A stretch of 64,000 nucleotides of DNA from Octopus sinensis (Eukaryota), in contig NC_043004.1 in the NCBI RefSeq assembly GCF_006345805.1, positions 60,760,001 through 60,824,000 of the forward strand, in the 5' to 3' direction. Both the position numbers and the translations under genes were made by a program. The notes under the pieces are model-generated. The model saw only the letters and a program-made list of their open reading frames with translations, was not told the origin of the DNA and made no database searches. Positions within the stretch are counted from its first letter, which is position 1, and each line of letters opens with the position of its first letter. Shown piece after piece: positions 26,992 through 41,029 of the stretch.

Positions 26992-27330
26992 GTGAAGGCG
27001 CATGGCTCAGTGGTAAGAGCGTCGAGCTTATGATCGTGAGGTTGTGAGTTCGAATCCCGGACCGGGCTGCGTGTTGTGTTCTTGAGCACGACGCTTTATT
27101 TCACGTTGCTCCAGTTCACTCAGCTGTAGAAATGAGTTGCGGCGTCACATGTTCCAAGCTGTATAGGCCTTTACCTTTTCCTTCGATAACACTGGTGGCA
27201 TGGAGAGGGGAGGCCGGTATGCATGGGCGACTGCTGGTCTTCCATAAACATCATTGCCCGGACTTGTGCCTGGGAGGGTAACTTTCTAGGTGCAATCCCA
27301 TGGTCAGTCATTACCGGGGGGGTGGTCTTA
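26992..27330 (+). mobile_element. tRNA-derived SINE, family C
   Basis: Head gtgaaggcgcatggctcagtggtaagagcg...gagttcgaatcc; body tgtgttcttgagcacgacgctttatttcacg; the 3' half is homologous to 21400-21598. Confidence 0.88.
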
Positions 27331-27617
27331 GCATGTATATTTATATATCTATATATATATATAGAGAGAGAGAGGGGGAGAGAGAAGATACATAGATAGA
27401 TGTTGTGTATTTATGGATGGATGGTTGCATATGTTTAAATTGATGATGGTGCAAGGCCTAGTTGTTTTGGTTCACGATCAGGAATTTGTGGTTTCCATTC
27501 TAGAGTAGGAAGTGCGTTGTGGTCCAAAGCAAAGTATGTCATTTCACCTTGTTTTAATCAACTCTCCTGAAATGAATACTACTTTTGATATTTCTCTAGC
27601 TGAAGATTAGGATTGAC

Positions 27618-27790
27618 ATACGAGGTGGTGCTGAAAATTTCCTGGTTTTGGAAAAAAATATATAATACAAGGAGATCAGTTAATTATGATTTTAGTCAAC
27701 ATATTCACCTCTTAGTTTCACATATTTTTGCAGCAGTCGTTCAGTTTTTCTAAGCCCTATAAAAGAACTCGGATGTTTGGGCCCCCAATC
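27618..27790. mobile_element. Mariner-like terminal fragment
   Basis: Begins tacgaggtggtgctgaaaatttcctgg, which resembles a mariner TIR start with TA. Confidence 0.4.
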
Positions 27791-30700
27791 TAGCATTTCG
27801 CGAAGGCATCGTGCATATTATTTGGGTTATACTATATGTAGAATTCGATGTGCACACGGAAGTATCTAACACGTGTATCCAAGTTTATTCATTTGCTTCT
27901 ATTCTGTGCGTAGTACCTCGGGTACCTCAGTTCAAATCTGTAGAAGTGGCTGCAGATGTGATTTTCAATGCTTTGTGTATATAGCTGGCCTCGTATTTGT
28001 TTCTTTAACTGTTCTTATTATTAGTGGTACTGCCCTCATTATTTAGGCCCCTGTTAGCTTTGCTTTAGGATACCTTCGAGCAAAAGCAATTCAGTTATAA
28101 ACATACCATTTTATTGATTTTCAGAGGTATTGTAGCTAGAATTTAATTACTATTTCTACCAATTAGGGCAACCAGGTAGAATTCTCTTCTTTTGGTGGAA
28201 ATCACTATTTTTCTCTATTTGAATACACAATATTATACAAAAGACCATGAGTTCATAACCAGATATCACCAAATCTGTTGCTGGTATGAGATTCACGAAA
28301 ACTGTTGATAAAAGTCTCGATCGGTGTTTCAGCTCATTTTTTCGAATACGGGATAAAATTTGGCCATTTCCTCTCTTTTCTGTTTCTGATTGTCCGTATG
28401 TAAAGCGAAAGAATGCAATGGACATATTTTGATATCATACTGGGACCTGATAAAAGTAGAGATGATGATGATGATGATGATGATGATTTCACTACTTTGA
28501 TGAAGTGAGTATGATGCGATCGTATTGGGCAATCCTATGGAATTCCAGCTCGAAGACCATATAATATGATGTCGCATGAAACACTCTCTGATGCATGATT
28601 CTGTAATTACAGTCCCTACTTTACAATACCAAATAATGAGTTTTTATATCAATGCAAATATTTAAAGTGTGTATCATCACATGCGTATAAAGTGTATAAA
28701 GTTTATAGCATTTTGAATCAACACTTGATTCCTGATCACAGGAAAATTTCAACTCAATATGCGGAACAAGCTGCTTCAGTGATGATGTCTAATTAGACTT
28801 AAACATGCCCAAAGATCAATCCTGCGCTTGTTTGAATGATTAAGATTATATTTGACGTTTACTAATATTAGTTTTTCTCTATCGCAAAATTATTTTTAAT
28901 TAACTTATTAATGTTCACTGCATTGAATATTTAAAGTATTCTCCGTCGAAATCCTCCCCGCCTTTTCAGTTGCATAAACTCAAATCATAATAATACGAGT
29001 GGATCGCACCTCTCAGGTTTCTCTCCTGAGCTTTGGGATCTTGCTTCGTGTAGGAATACTCAGCCTCCTCAAATTGGGTTTAACTAATTACACTGTGTAA
29101 CACGATATTTGTTCTTGGGTAGCAACTGTTATTTCATATTTGCTTATCCCTAGAAAGTATGAAAATGGCTAATATTTCCTTCAAGCTTTGCTTTTGTTAC
29201 GTTTATCCAAACCCCAAAGAATCCCTCTCAACACATGACGATCTTCCACTACTCCTGTTCGTTATTAGAGGTGCACATATTGTCAGCCACTAAGGAGCAT
29301 GCTCAAGTGGTTAAGGTCAAATAACTGAGAAGCAAATCAGTGGAATTGAGCAGAATATTTGCTATAACGATATTCCTGCTTCATATTTCGTCTGCCGTTA
29401 CGTTCTGAGTTCAAATTCCGCCGAGGTCGACTTTGCCTATCATACTTTCGGGGTCGATTAAATAAGTACCAGTTACGCACTGGGGTTGATGTAATTGACT
29501 TAATCCCTTTGTTTGTCCTCTCTATATTTAGCCCCTTGTGGGTTATGAAGAAATATATATTTCAGGTTCAAAATATTGATATCCGGGAAACGAAGACAAA
29601 TTTTGAAGGTAATAGTAGTCACTTTCTTTGATTTCTAGATAGAAGCAAGTAGGAAATAACAGTTACTGACCAAAGACAAAAAAATAATAACACAGTGTTA
29701 TCTCATTTAAAGACTTCTTTGATCTTTCTCTATCGCTGGCCTGCAGAAATATTGTCTTTGTTTTCATAAATGTTTGTTTATATCTTGAGTAATTCTAAAT
29801 ATCTCTTCTATGTTTGATAGCTTAGCTTTCTTTTAGTATGATGTCAATCCTGATGCTCTCTTCTGAGGTGGTGTCCCTGATCTAATGTGTCTTGTCATGA
29901 ACGCATGTACTTTTTTTCTTTGGCCTGTGTACTTTCTAACTGCTGAACCCATTTCTTGCATCTTACACGGCGGCACTATCTTGACTAAATACAGTAAATC
30001 ATTTTATCCGTACTTCAACAGTTTTTTCCTATTGCACTGTCCTGTATTAAACCCCAACTAGACGATGGATCTTTCCTGAGTTTCGAATGACAGTATTAGC
30101 TGTTCCATTAATATAGCATCTTACCCAAACAATTAGCATTTAAGTGGTTGAGTAATCCGTAGACGTTTGTTTATTTAATGTAATTCTCATGCAGACACAA
30201 CATAACAGATTCTGACAAGGTTGATAATTTGAATTAAAAACTCAGTCCATGAGACAATTTAGTTATTTCTATGTGACATCCAACTTTCTAAAAATAGCAG
30301 CCAAATCTCATTCAATCCATACATCAGAGTTGTAGAAAGAATATACCTATTCGGCAAAGTAGACTTATACAAAATTTAAGATGGTCAAGGCCGGAATATC
30401 TTTCATTATTGGCCTGCTACATCATGGGTGAACTGGTCCAAAAGAAACGAGAGCTCCATTTCATCCAATGAGTTTCCTTGCAGTTTTCTTTGGTCCAGTG
30501 TCACTGGAAAATTTCGGTTTGGTATGACTTGAAACTAACAAATGAAGACGCTTGCTCAACGTTCTATAGAATGTAGTTGAATCTGCGACTTCATTGTGTG
30601 AAATGACTTTTGATTGCATTTGCCACTATTAAACACCAAATGATTAAACAGCAAACACCGCAAAATGACTTGACACTCGGCAAATGGAGCATTTCTCTGA

Positions 30701-31546
30701 CCTCTGTTCTATTGATTTTCCTGTTAGCTTGATTAGTATTGCAGATAAAAACTGAAATATTTTAATCCTCATTTGATGCTCATTTAATCCGTTTTTAATA
30801 TTAATTTTTTTGTTATTCTTTTCCTTGTGATGTCCATTCAAAATATTGTCAGAAACATGTTGTTGTTGTTGTTTTAATGTGCGTGTGTATGTACGCGTGC
30901 GTGTGTATATGCGTTTGTGTTTGCGCATGTGTATGTCTGCCAATGGCGGTGATTTAATGGGAAATATTTGGTAGAAAATGTGGTTCTACTGCCATCCATG
31001 TCATTTTACACCTTATCATTATAAACATTTACCCAACTACCCACTTCCAACCCCAGCACCACCACCACCATCATCATCGGTAGCAGCATCTTTACAAGTG
31101 CCCCAATACCATAATCACCATCTCATCGGCATCCTTCATTTCCCTCTTCCGTTTCCTCTTTGATTTATTTTCCCTCCTCCTTACTCCCCTTCCTTATCCT
31201 TGTTTTACATCCTCTAATCAATACTTTCATCACACCTAGCAGAAAATCCAACTGTTAGCATTAAAATCCACAGAAAGAGCAACGCCATTAAGTAACCAAA
31301 GGGGAAATACTGATGCTAGTACTTGACTTGCAAGAAATAGGAGCCAAATCTCTCTCTCATTCACTTCGCTACTGTAAGAGAAAGAATATATTCCATAGTA
31401 CAGTCTTAAAGACAGTATGTTTGAATAAAAAAGGGGCTGGGCTAAAAGTCACGAGTTTAAAACTCTTTTAATATATATATATATATTGCTCATTAAAAAA
31501 GAACACGCTTTAATTTTAATTACAATTTCATCAAATGTTCTGGTGT

Positions 31547-31660
31547 GTAACTTATGCCCCACCCTATATAGGATGTAACTTATGCCCCACCCTATATAGG
31601 ATATATAGGATGGTTAGGATGGTAACTTATGCCCCACCCTATATAGGATGGTTAGGTAGG
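31547..31660 (+). repeat. 28-bp minisatellite, 3 full units plus shuffled sub-modules
   Basis: gtaacttatgccccaccctatataggat at 31547, 31575 and 31622. Confidence 0.9.
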
Positions 31661-31779
31661 ATGGGGTTTTCTCTTAATAATAATTACTACGTATGATAAT
31701 GTTCTTTCCTAATTATAAGGAATTAATAGCAACAACAAATTCTGTACTATGTGGAGTATTAGTAAGCCAGTACAGTGGT

Positions 31780-32005
31780 GGAGCTGGCAGAAACGTTAGC
31801 GCGCCGGGCGAAATGCTTAGTAGTATTTCGTCTGGCGTTACGTTCTGAGTTCAAATTCCGCCGAGGTTGACTTTACCTTTCATCCTTTCGGGGTCGATAA
31901 ATAAAGTACCAGTTTCGTACTGGGGTCGATGTAATCCATTTGATCCCTTTTTCTGTCCTTGTTTGTCCCCTCTATGTTTGGCCCCTTGTGGGTAGTAAAG
32001 AAATA
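31780..32005 (+). mobile_element. SINE family D (Meta-domain-like)
   Basis: Head gagctggcagaaacgttagc; central gactttacctttcatcctttcggggtcgataaataaagtaccag. Further copies at about 8430, 12070, 13665, 29390, 48120, 49115 and 52000. Confidence 0.88.
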
Positions 32006-32250
32006 TATAACGGCAGCTAAACTTTCTATTTAGCAAATAAGTTATGATTGAAACATTCTCTTTTACTTAAACGCGATCTGGTCATTAACATCTTATATGT
32101 TTGCATTAGGATGAAGCCATTAATTAATGATTTATCAGTGGCTAGCGTACCAAAGAGCCATTTGGGTTAAATTAGTCAAAGTATACTTATAGATATATAA
32201 TTATAACTAAGGATGAATTACAAGGGTGGCTCGTTAGACTTTTTCAACAG

Positions 32251-32428
32251 AAAGGCAAACATTTAAACGTCACTGAAGCGATTAAGTGCGCTAGTCAGCA
32301 CTAATATTGCTAGAAATACGAGTCAAAAGAACTCATAGCCACGATAAGAACACAAGTGGGGTTTCAGCAGCATTGTTGTTGGTGCATTCATGGACTACAT
32401 CATGGCAAAAATCTCCGCCATCTTCAAG
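32251..32428 (+). other. Candidate exon (5' UTR plus possible start, MDYIMAKISAIFK from 32390)
   Basis: Acceptor tttttcaacag at 32250 (alternative ctaatattgctag at 32313); strong donor AAG|gtaaat; non-repetitive context. No homology recognised. Confidence 0.3.
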
Positions 32429-32789
32429 GTAAATTTTAAACAAATAAAATAGGCAAAGTAGAAATATGAGATGATTCGCTCACCAAGAACATGGAGGAAT
32501 AAATGGGAATTTTGAGAATTATAAAAGATTTAAGAAAGTGTGTAAGATATACGAGGAAAACAGTTCAAATTAGTTCATATAGCCTTGCCTGGTGATTTGG
32601 GAAAATGTGCGGTCGTGTTAAGTGAAAATAACAACAATTTTAAAAAATTAAAAGCAAAACGAAAAGAATAACTCAAGAAAGTGGTACAGATAAAACACGA
32701 AAGAGAACGTTGAGGAACCAAAATGCTGTCCCCACTTGTTCGCCATTACAACCTATTCACATAGAATTTATATTATATACATGCATTAA

Positions 32790-33180
32790 GGCGGCGGAGC
32801 TCGTAGAAACATTATCACGTCGGGCGAAATCCTTAGCGTATTTTGTCTGTCTTTACGTTCTGAGTTCAAATTCCGCCGAGGTCGACTTTGCCTTTCATCC
32901 TTTCGAGGTCGATAAAAAAAGTACCAGTTACGCGCTGGGGTCAATATAATCGACTTCATCCGTTTATCTGTCCTTGTTTGTCCCCGCTGTATTTAGCCCC
33001 TTGTGGGTAAGTAAAGAAATAGGTATTCCGTCTGTCTTTACGTTCTGAGTTCAAATTCCGCCGAGGTCGACTTTACCTTTCATCCTTTCGGGTTCGATAA
33101 ATTAAGTACCAGTTGCGTACTGGGGTGATCTAATCGACTGGCTCCCTCCCCCAAAATTTCAGGCCTTGTGCCTAGAGTAG
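32790..33180 (+). mobile_element. Family D SINE dimer
   Basis: The first copy ends agaaata and runs directly into ggtattccgtctg..., an internal head position of a second, headless copy with a different tail. Confidence 0.85.
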
Positions 33181-33505
33181 AAAATAATATATACATATAA
33201 CTACACAAAATACACTTGAACACTCAGACGTATATGTACATACACACTGACACAGAGAAGACCGGCCGTGACTTCACAGCCACTCCACTTCGACGAACTC
33301 TATGTACTGTAGTTGTTGATGCCATCAACGTAACGCGGACTGTCAGTGTATTCTCTGTGAAAAAGAATACTGTACTCAACGTACATATGCATACAGCGCT
33401 TTTTCTTGTTAATATCTAAATATCTTTGTTCGTAATTTTACATAAAAATAGACGTATATACACACACAAAGACACACACGCACACACACATAATATGTAT
33501 GTTTC

Positions 33506-33549
<44 letters not shown>

Positions 33550-33674
33550 ATATATATACATATATATATATATACACGTATGCACATAAATACAGACATA
33601 CATACATCCATACGTGTGTGTGTAATATATATATACTTACATACATACATACATATATATACATACATACATAC

Positions 33675-33772
<98 letters not shown>

Positions 33773-34377
33773 CAGACACACTCATGCATGTATGTACGTA
33801 CGTAATATGTATATATATATATATATATGTGCGTATAGTCATTAAAAGAAAAAGTTTACATTTTTATTGCATTAATATTGACCAAGTTATTTCCCTTTGA
33901 AGACATTGCATTCCAGCACATGTCGTGACATGTAGAATGATATAAAATTATATTTTGCAATAAATATAATGACATTTTCCTGCATATTTTATAATAATCA
34001 ATTTCTTTTATATGGCCTTATATTACAATTAATTCAATGCGGTATTCAAAATGTATAATAGTTCAGTGACTTTCTTTTAAAGAATATTGAACATTTGCAC
34101 TTATGTTTAATATATGCATGACTTAATGTGTGTTGTATTAATAGTAAGTTCAAATGCAATAATTTCAAATGGCTGCAAACACATAGCTTTATATACAATC
34201 GTTATACTCCGCACCTTATGAAGTTTTAGTGAATAACTATAAAGAAACCGAGCGTCCAAACTGAAGTTATGAAAATCCCACTCATGTAATTTTAAACATG
34301 ATTTTTCAATCTGTCATCCCACTATACACTCCAATGCTTTTGGTATGGAATTTGTGAGACGCAAAATATACGAGTAG

Positions 34378-34441
<64 letters not shown>

Positions 34442-34509
34442 TTCTCCTCTCTCTCTCTCTCTCTCTCTTCTCTCGACTTAAGTCTATTTGTGCCACAGGT
34501 AAAATTAAA

Positions 34510-34869
34510 TCTATATATATAAAACTGAAGTTCTGAGGTGTCTGTCTCCTACGATTTAGATTCCTAACTACTCCCACATTTTGCGGTGCAGTTTAACCAA
34601 AACCGTGTATCTTATAGTCGTTATTCATATCAAGCCCTTCTGGGTATTAGCGCGCGTCTACAATGAGTCTACGATTTAAAAAAAAAATTACCATCATTTT
34701 TTTCCATTTTTAATGCATTTTTGCTATTATATAAGGGAAGTAACTCTCTAAAAATGTCTACGATTCAATTTATTGCAATCATTTTATATTTTTAATGCCT
34801 TTGTGTATTAGGGAAGTAATTCTCTAAAAATGCTTATATAGTTATTTCGACAGCCGTCGATACTGCTAT
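34510..34869 (+). mobile_element. Non-autonomous Helitron, copy 2 (3' hairpin lost)
   Basis: A|TC start; body homologous to copy 1; internal partial duplication; ends cgatactgcta. Confidence 0.8.
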
Positions 34870-34959
34870 ATTCAATAAATCCTACAATTCTAATAAATAT
34901 CAAATATTGTGTTGGTATCGAGACATCCACTTATCCCTACATATTTTCTGCCCAATATT

Positions 34960-35170
34960 CATTGGAGGTATTGTGGGGATAGAGTATTCAAGCATCTTCT
35001 CCATAGGGCCTTGTCAGAGGCAATCGTCATTACAAATTCTGATTATATTTCCAAGCGTGACAATCTGAGACTATGCAGTTATCCAGCCATCACATTCTCG
35101 GTCTACTCTTAGATCTCCCGCCGGTCGACTCGGCTTGAAAACTCCGTCTAGCAATTCTTTCCTCTGACTT
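34960..35170 (-). pseudogene. RTE-clade LINE extreme 3' ORF fragment
   Basis: SEERIARRSFQAESTGGRSKSRPRM*WLDN...IASDKALWRRCL matches the RTE G.R.RGRP...W.D...A.DR..WR motif. Confidence 0.7.
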
Positions 35171-35782
35171 TGTAATCACATGTCCGTAGTACAGTAGCTG
35201 TGATCCTTTACGGTTGTATGATTATTAAAATTCGCTTCCCAACTACGTGGCTTTGTGGCCAATCGTTATGCTTGACACATTATGAAGTATTTGGTGAATA
35301 TATCTATAAGTGATTGACGACCATGCTGAAGTTATCAAAAATTTCACGACGCTATGACCTCTGATTGGTCAATATTGATTAGACGGAAACTGCGAGAGTA
35401 AATCACTCATTTAACTTACGTCCATTTATGTTACAAGTAAACTTAGATTTTTAGGAAATACAAATCTCTAATATAGACATCAAACAATGTATTAGGATTG
35501 AGATAATCAATAATAATTATAGGTAATCCAAAATCTAAAACTAGTACAATAATGAAAGAATAAATGTTCGATCATTCATTGATTCCCCACTTTTCTTATG
35601 ATCCAGCATGGTCGCAGACAAATACGTAAAAGAAGTAAAAGAAATGCACTTATAATTTTATGAAGTTAAAACTCTGCGGAAGGCGCCGCTGGAGAATTTT
35701 CTGTAATTATATATATTACCAGATAGTTACACTGATTTTAAGTATGTTACCTGCATATTCTTTTGTTGGTCTCTCTCTCCCA

Positions 35783-35830
<48 letters not shown>

Positions 35831-35840
35831 TCTCCCTCTC

Positions 35841-35882
<42 letters not shown>

Positions 35883-36750
35883 TAAATATTCAGTGTGTAT
35901 AGTATATATCTGTTCTGTTGAATATTGTTTTAATTTCATATCTATTTTCGATTTGCTTCTCTCTCTCTCTCTCTCTCTCATATATAATATATATATATAT
36001 ATATATATAGATATAGATATATTACACGCGCGCAACACACACGCACGCACAATATATATTATGTATGTGTATATATATATATAACACACCTACACATATA
36101 CACAGATTTATATTTATATATATATTTATATAAATATATAAGATGTATGCATATATGTGTGTGTATGTACGTATGTATGTATACACACATATTTATATAT
36201 ATATAAATATATATATAAGATGTATACATATATGTGAGTGTGTATGTACTTTTGTGTGTATACACACATATATGCATCTATCTTCCTGCTTCTCCATCTA
36301 TCTGTGGAAGACCTTACCTACAGTTGTCTCCCCATCCGTCAATATGGTTAAGCTTCAAAACCTAAACCACCAACAATATTCCCATCATTATGATATCTTT
36401 TAAATACGTTCCTCATATCTCGCCTGTCAGATAATAAGCAGTTTCTAACGCTGCATACGCAACATACTCACGAAATATACATACATACATACATACATAC
36501 ATACATACATACATACATACATACATACATACATACATTTCTACATACATACACATACAAATGTGTCTGCGTTTATATATGTATATATTGACACATACAA
36601 TTATATGTAAGTATATATGTTTAATATTCACACATATACACCCAAACATATCCACGAATACACGCCAAAAGGCACAATTCTGCATGCATATGTATCTATG
36701 TGAATGTATACGTATATGTAAATATATATATATATACATGTATATGTTTG

Positions 36751-36801
<51 letters not shown>

Positions 36802-37489
36802 GTATGTGTGTATGTATGTATGTATGTATGTGTGTATAAAGGCCTTTCCTTTAGTTTTTAATATTTAGTCATATGAAGAGGTGCCGTGCCTATGACATTA
36901 TTAGGATTTATGTGAGGGGTAAGTGTTATGCGGGGTTGATTTAATTATATCTGTCATCTTTATTCGTAGTATTAGTGTCTCATTTGACTGCCAGTCTACT
37001 TCCATGGACTGACATAGAGATTGATGGTTACGCATAAGTCATTATTTCATCTTCCTTCTTTTTCACCTTTGCTTTCATCTTCGAAAACCATAGAAATCTT
37101 CCGTAAAATGAGGAATAATCAGTCATTTGGACGATTCCGTTCACCGGTAATACTCCAATATCGCTCTCTCCTCGATCCTACTCATCACTTCCAAAATTAT
37201 TCTTCCTAGGTGCACTATATCTTGCCTACCACTTCCTATCCTGTATTTGTAAACCGTCTCTCCCATTAAGATTTCATTCCTATCGTAGGCACCACGCGGC
37301 AAATCTAAAGGAACGAAACGGTAGAAATTCTTATATCTAGTACATAAGGGATGTCATGATTTGTTGCCACCGGAAGGTTACAGCGAATGTAAAGAACCGG
37401 AAGAAGATCACACCAAGGATTTTTTTCCGATGTACGGAATTCGAATAAAACAAAGATTTTACACCAAATTGAATTATTATTTTTCTATT

Positions 37490-38790
37490 TTTTATTTTAT
37501 TTTATTTTATCTAGTTTCAGCTCACGAGCTGTGGCTATTCTGGGGCACCGCCATTTGGTGTTGCTACATGATTTTACTTCACGAATGCTTTTTAGCAATA
37601 ATCATTTGGTGCATGAGAGAGTTCGATGCAGCTGCCCTCATCTGCACCTCCTGTCATGAAGTTGGTTCATCTGGGACACCTGACAGAAAGAGATCCAGTT
37701 TTATTTTAAAGACATCTGCATCCACCCCATGCAGGTCTCTTAGGGTCATCGGGAGGATATTGAAGAGCTGTGGTCCTCTGAAGCCCAGGCTATCACAGTA
37801 TCTTGTCCTACATCTTGATGGCAAATTTTGAGTCCTTGGCACTATGCAGTGGTGCCCAGTTCTAGCATTTGTGTAACTCTCAATACCAAAGTTTGGGACA
37901 AGTCCTTCTAGGATCTTCCAGATGTATATTATGGCATATCTTTCTCGCCTACGCTGTGAGGAGAAGAGTCTTAATCTCTTGAGTCTTTCCCAGTAGCTTC
38001 TATGCTGCACAGAGGCTATCTTCTTCGTGTAGCTTCGTTGGATCGCCTCAAGTTCTGTGATTAACTTGACACTGGATGGTGACCATAGCTGAGAGCAATA
38101 GTCAAAGTGGCTTAGGACAAGTGTCTTCCAGAGGACCATCATGTATATGATGATAGCCATCATAGTTTCCTGGTCTCTTGTTCTAAAGGTTCTAAGAATC
38201 CATCCGGCCAGCCGCCTACATTTCATTGCCAATTTAGCAACATACACATGAAAGGTTGCATCATCACTCATGTACATACCCAGGTCTCGCACTGATTGTG
38301 CCTCTGGGATTGCAATCCCTCCAGGTCCAGTGTATTTATTGGGTATTGCATTTAGTTTTGCATGCTGATAGCATAAAGCTTGAAGCTTTTCAGCATTGAA
38401 CTGCATGCTATTCTTTTCAGCCACTTGTATATTTTGTCCAGCTCACATTGCAGATGCATAGTGTCTTCAAGGTTCTGTATTGCCTGTGAAACTTTTGTAT
38501 CATCTGCATAACTTGTAATCGTGGCTCTCTGCGTGGCTGAGGGCATGTCTGAGAGGGCCATTATGAACAGTAGTAGTCCCAAAACAGTGCCTTGCGGAAC
38601 ACCGCTCACTATTTGCGTGTTACAACCACCTGACTTCTATCCTTCAGAAAGTCATGAAGCCATTCTCCCAATTTTCCAACTATGCCAAGATCACGCAGTT
38701 TGTGACATATCATTCCACGATCGAATTTATCAAAGACCTTTGCAAAGTCGAGATATATGACTTCCACATTTGAGTGGTTGAGCAGTCTTT
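37490..38790 (-). mobile_element. 5'-truncated CR1-type LINE (RT domain to 3' tail)
   Basis: [16 protein letters not shown] and LVLSHFDYCSQLWSP...LEAIQRSYTKKI...RRRERYAIIYIWKIL...FNILP...FKIKLDLFLSGVPDEP. The 3' end is a hairpin followed by (AAAAT)n. Confidence 0.92.
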
Positions 38791-39233
38791 ACATGACAAT
38801 GTATTTTTCTTCTACTCTGAAATAGTTCTCTTAACTTATCAGATCTAGACATCACCAACAAAGATTTCGAGCTGCTCTAATTACAAAGACATTATTCTAC
38901 GTATCAATTGCCTCATCTTCTGTTTTTAACACTCCAAACTTGATTACAAGGGTGCTTCAAGACGGTCGAACGTAAACAGCTCATATATCACACCCTACTC
39001 TCCTAGAAAGAGAGATGACGCAAGTGCTATTAGGTCTTAGTATCTGGGCAAGTGTCGGGCCGACCGGAGGCGTATAAGTGGATTTAGTTGAAGGAAACTA
39101 AAAGAATCCATCACGTGTATATATACATATATATGTATGAATGTATGTATGTATGCATGTATATGTATGTATATGTATGAATGTATGTATGTATATACAT
39201 ATATGAATGTATATGTGTGTGAGTGTGAGTGTG

Positions 39234-39283
<50 letters not shown>

Positions 39284-40471
39284 TGTGCATTTTTGCTTTG
39301 GTTTGACCCCACACCGCTTGACAACTTGGGTAACTGAATCTTTTACGTACGCATAACCGAGCAGTTCGGCAAAAGAGATGGATAAAATATCTAGCTGACT
39401 TCTTTAAACAAAAACTAAAGTAAATACTGGTGTCAATTTGCTTGACTTAAAATCTTCCAAATCAATGCCACAGAACGGATGCAGGCAATCAATGAAACAA
39501 TTAAAAGGTTCTCGTCCAGATCTGATCCATCAGATATATGTCTCAGAGGTCACACTGAGTGCAATATAACGTTATAGATATCCTGTATTATATCCGCCTT
39601 ATTGTCAGATCTAGTTTTATATTCTTTTTTTTTTTTTGTAAAAAAAACTGATGCTGCTGGTTTTGTTTACATCGTGACTGGTTCTGGTTATTAAAAAATG
39701 TTCCACCAATACCACTCCCAGCAATTTTTTTTTCTTGTAAATCACATGAAATTATCCAGTAATCTTAAGATATAACTTTTCAGATTCTCAAGAAATGGAG
39801 TTGTTATTTCTAGTAGGCCATGCGACCACCATAGTCTCGAGCCCTACAATTTATTTCTTACCTATTTTCAGTATCATTTTTCATAATTTTCAGCTTTTGG
39901 TATGTTGCATATATATATTGTTATATTTCTAAAAACACACGCACTATATATTTGGTGTTATTTTGCTTCAGTGTTATTTGTTTTTTACATTAATCTTAAT
40001 CTTATTTCGGCCAGAGATCTTTCGTCACACTCCTGTGACCGCATCAGTGGTCCTTTGTCTTCTTCTTTCTTATTTGTGTCTCTCCTTACTAACCGTCAGC
40101 CATTTTGTATTTCTATTGTATGTCTTCATTTGCGCATGCTTATATCTCCATGTGCGTCTATGTTTATTTAGTGTGTGTGTGGGGGGGATGCCTGTAATAT
40201 TTCTATCTTCTGTTTATATACATTCTTGTAATTTGTATTTTGTTTTTGTTGTTGTTGTTTTTGTTTATTCTTATTTTGTTCATGTTTTTACATCAGCTTA
40301 TTATTATCATTACATATGTTTGTATGTATGTATGTATAACAACAATGCTAGTAATAATAATAATAAATATGTATATATATGCGTGTGTGTGTATATATAT
40401 ACATATGTATGTATATATATTTATGTATATATATATATATATATATGTATATATGAATATGTATATATATG

Positions 40472-40506
<35 letters not shown>

Positions 40507-40935
40507 GTGTGTATATATATGTATATTTATATATGTTGTGTTTACACACACACGCACACACACACACACACACATATATAGGGAGAGAGGGAGAAAGAGA
40601 TAAAGAAAAAGAGAAAAGCGTTCCTTAAGAATGCAACTAGAAATTTTATTGGGCGCCAAAACCCTAATATATTCGGATGTGTTGTTTTAAGCATCCTAGA
40701 TTACGAACGGAAAGGAAAATATTGGGTGGGATGGAGGATAAGCTTCCGGTTACAGTTTTTTTTCTTTCAGTTTGATGTTTTTCTCGAAAATTTAAAATTT
40801 ATTATCTGAAGTGTTATAAGCTCAGATGTTTAAAACATAAATCCGAGAAAATCTTTCGGAGGGAGATGAAACTGCAAAAAAAATGTTCTCAAGTTTTAGG
40901 GAAACAACACAGACAGACCACATTCTCAGTTTTAG

Positions 40936-40969
<34 letters not shown>

Positions 40970-41029
40970 ATATATATTTATATATTTATATATATATATA
41001 TATGCATACATGCATACATACATACATAC

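Noticed and set aside
26992-27065. SINE heads as genuine tRNA genes (also 16149 and 24608)
   Set aside because: No complete acceptor stem or T-terminator, and each continues into a repeat body.
29750-29960. Possible RTE relic on the minus strand
   Set aside because: Only faint motif similarity; not listed as a feature.
30484-30521. 38-nt AG/GT-bounded segment (FFGPVSLENFGL)
   Set aside because: Too short and unsupported.
31547-31660. CRISPR-like 28-bp repeats
   Set aside because: No unique spacers, eukaryotic context and no cas genes.
37365-37460. ccggaagaag...ttcgaat, a possible eroded PLE hammerhead
   Set aside because: Both core halves are mutated; insufficient evidence.
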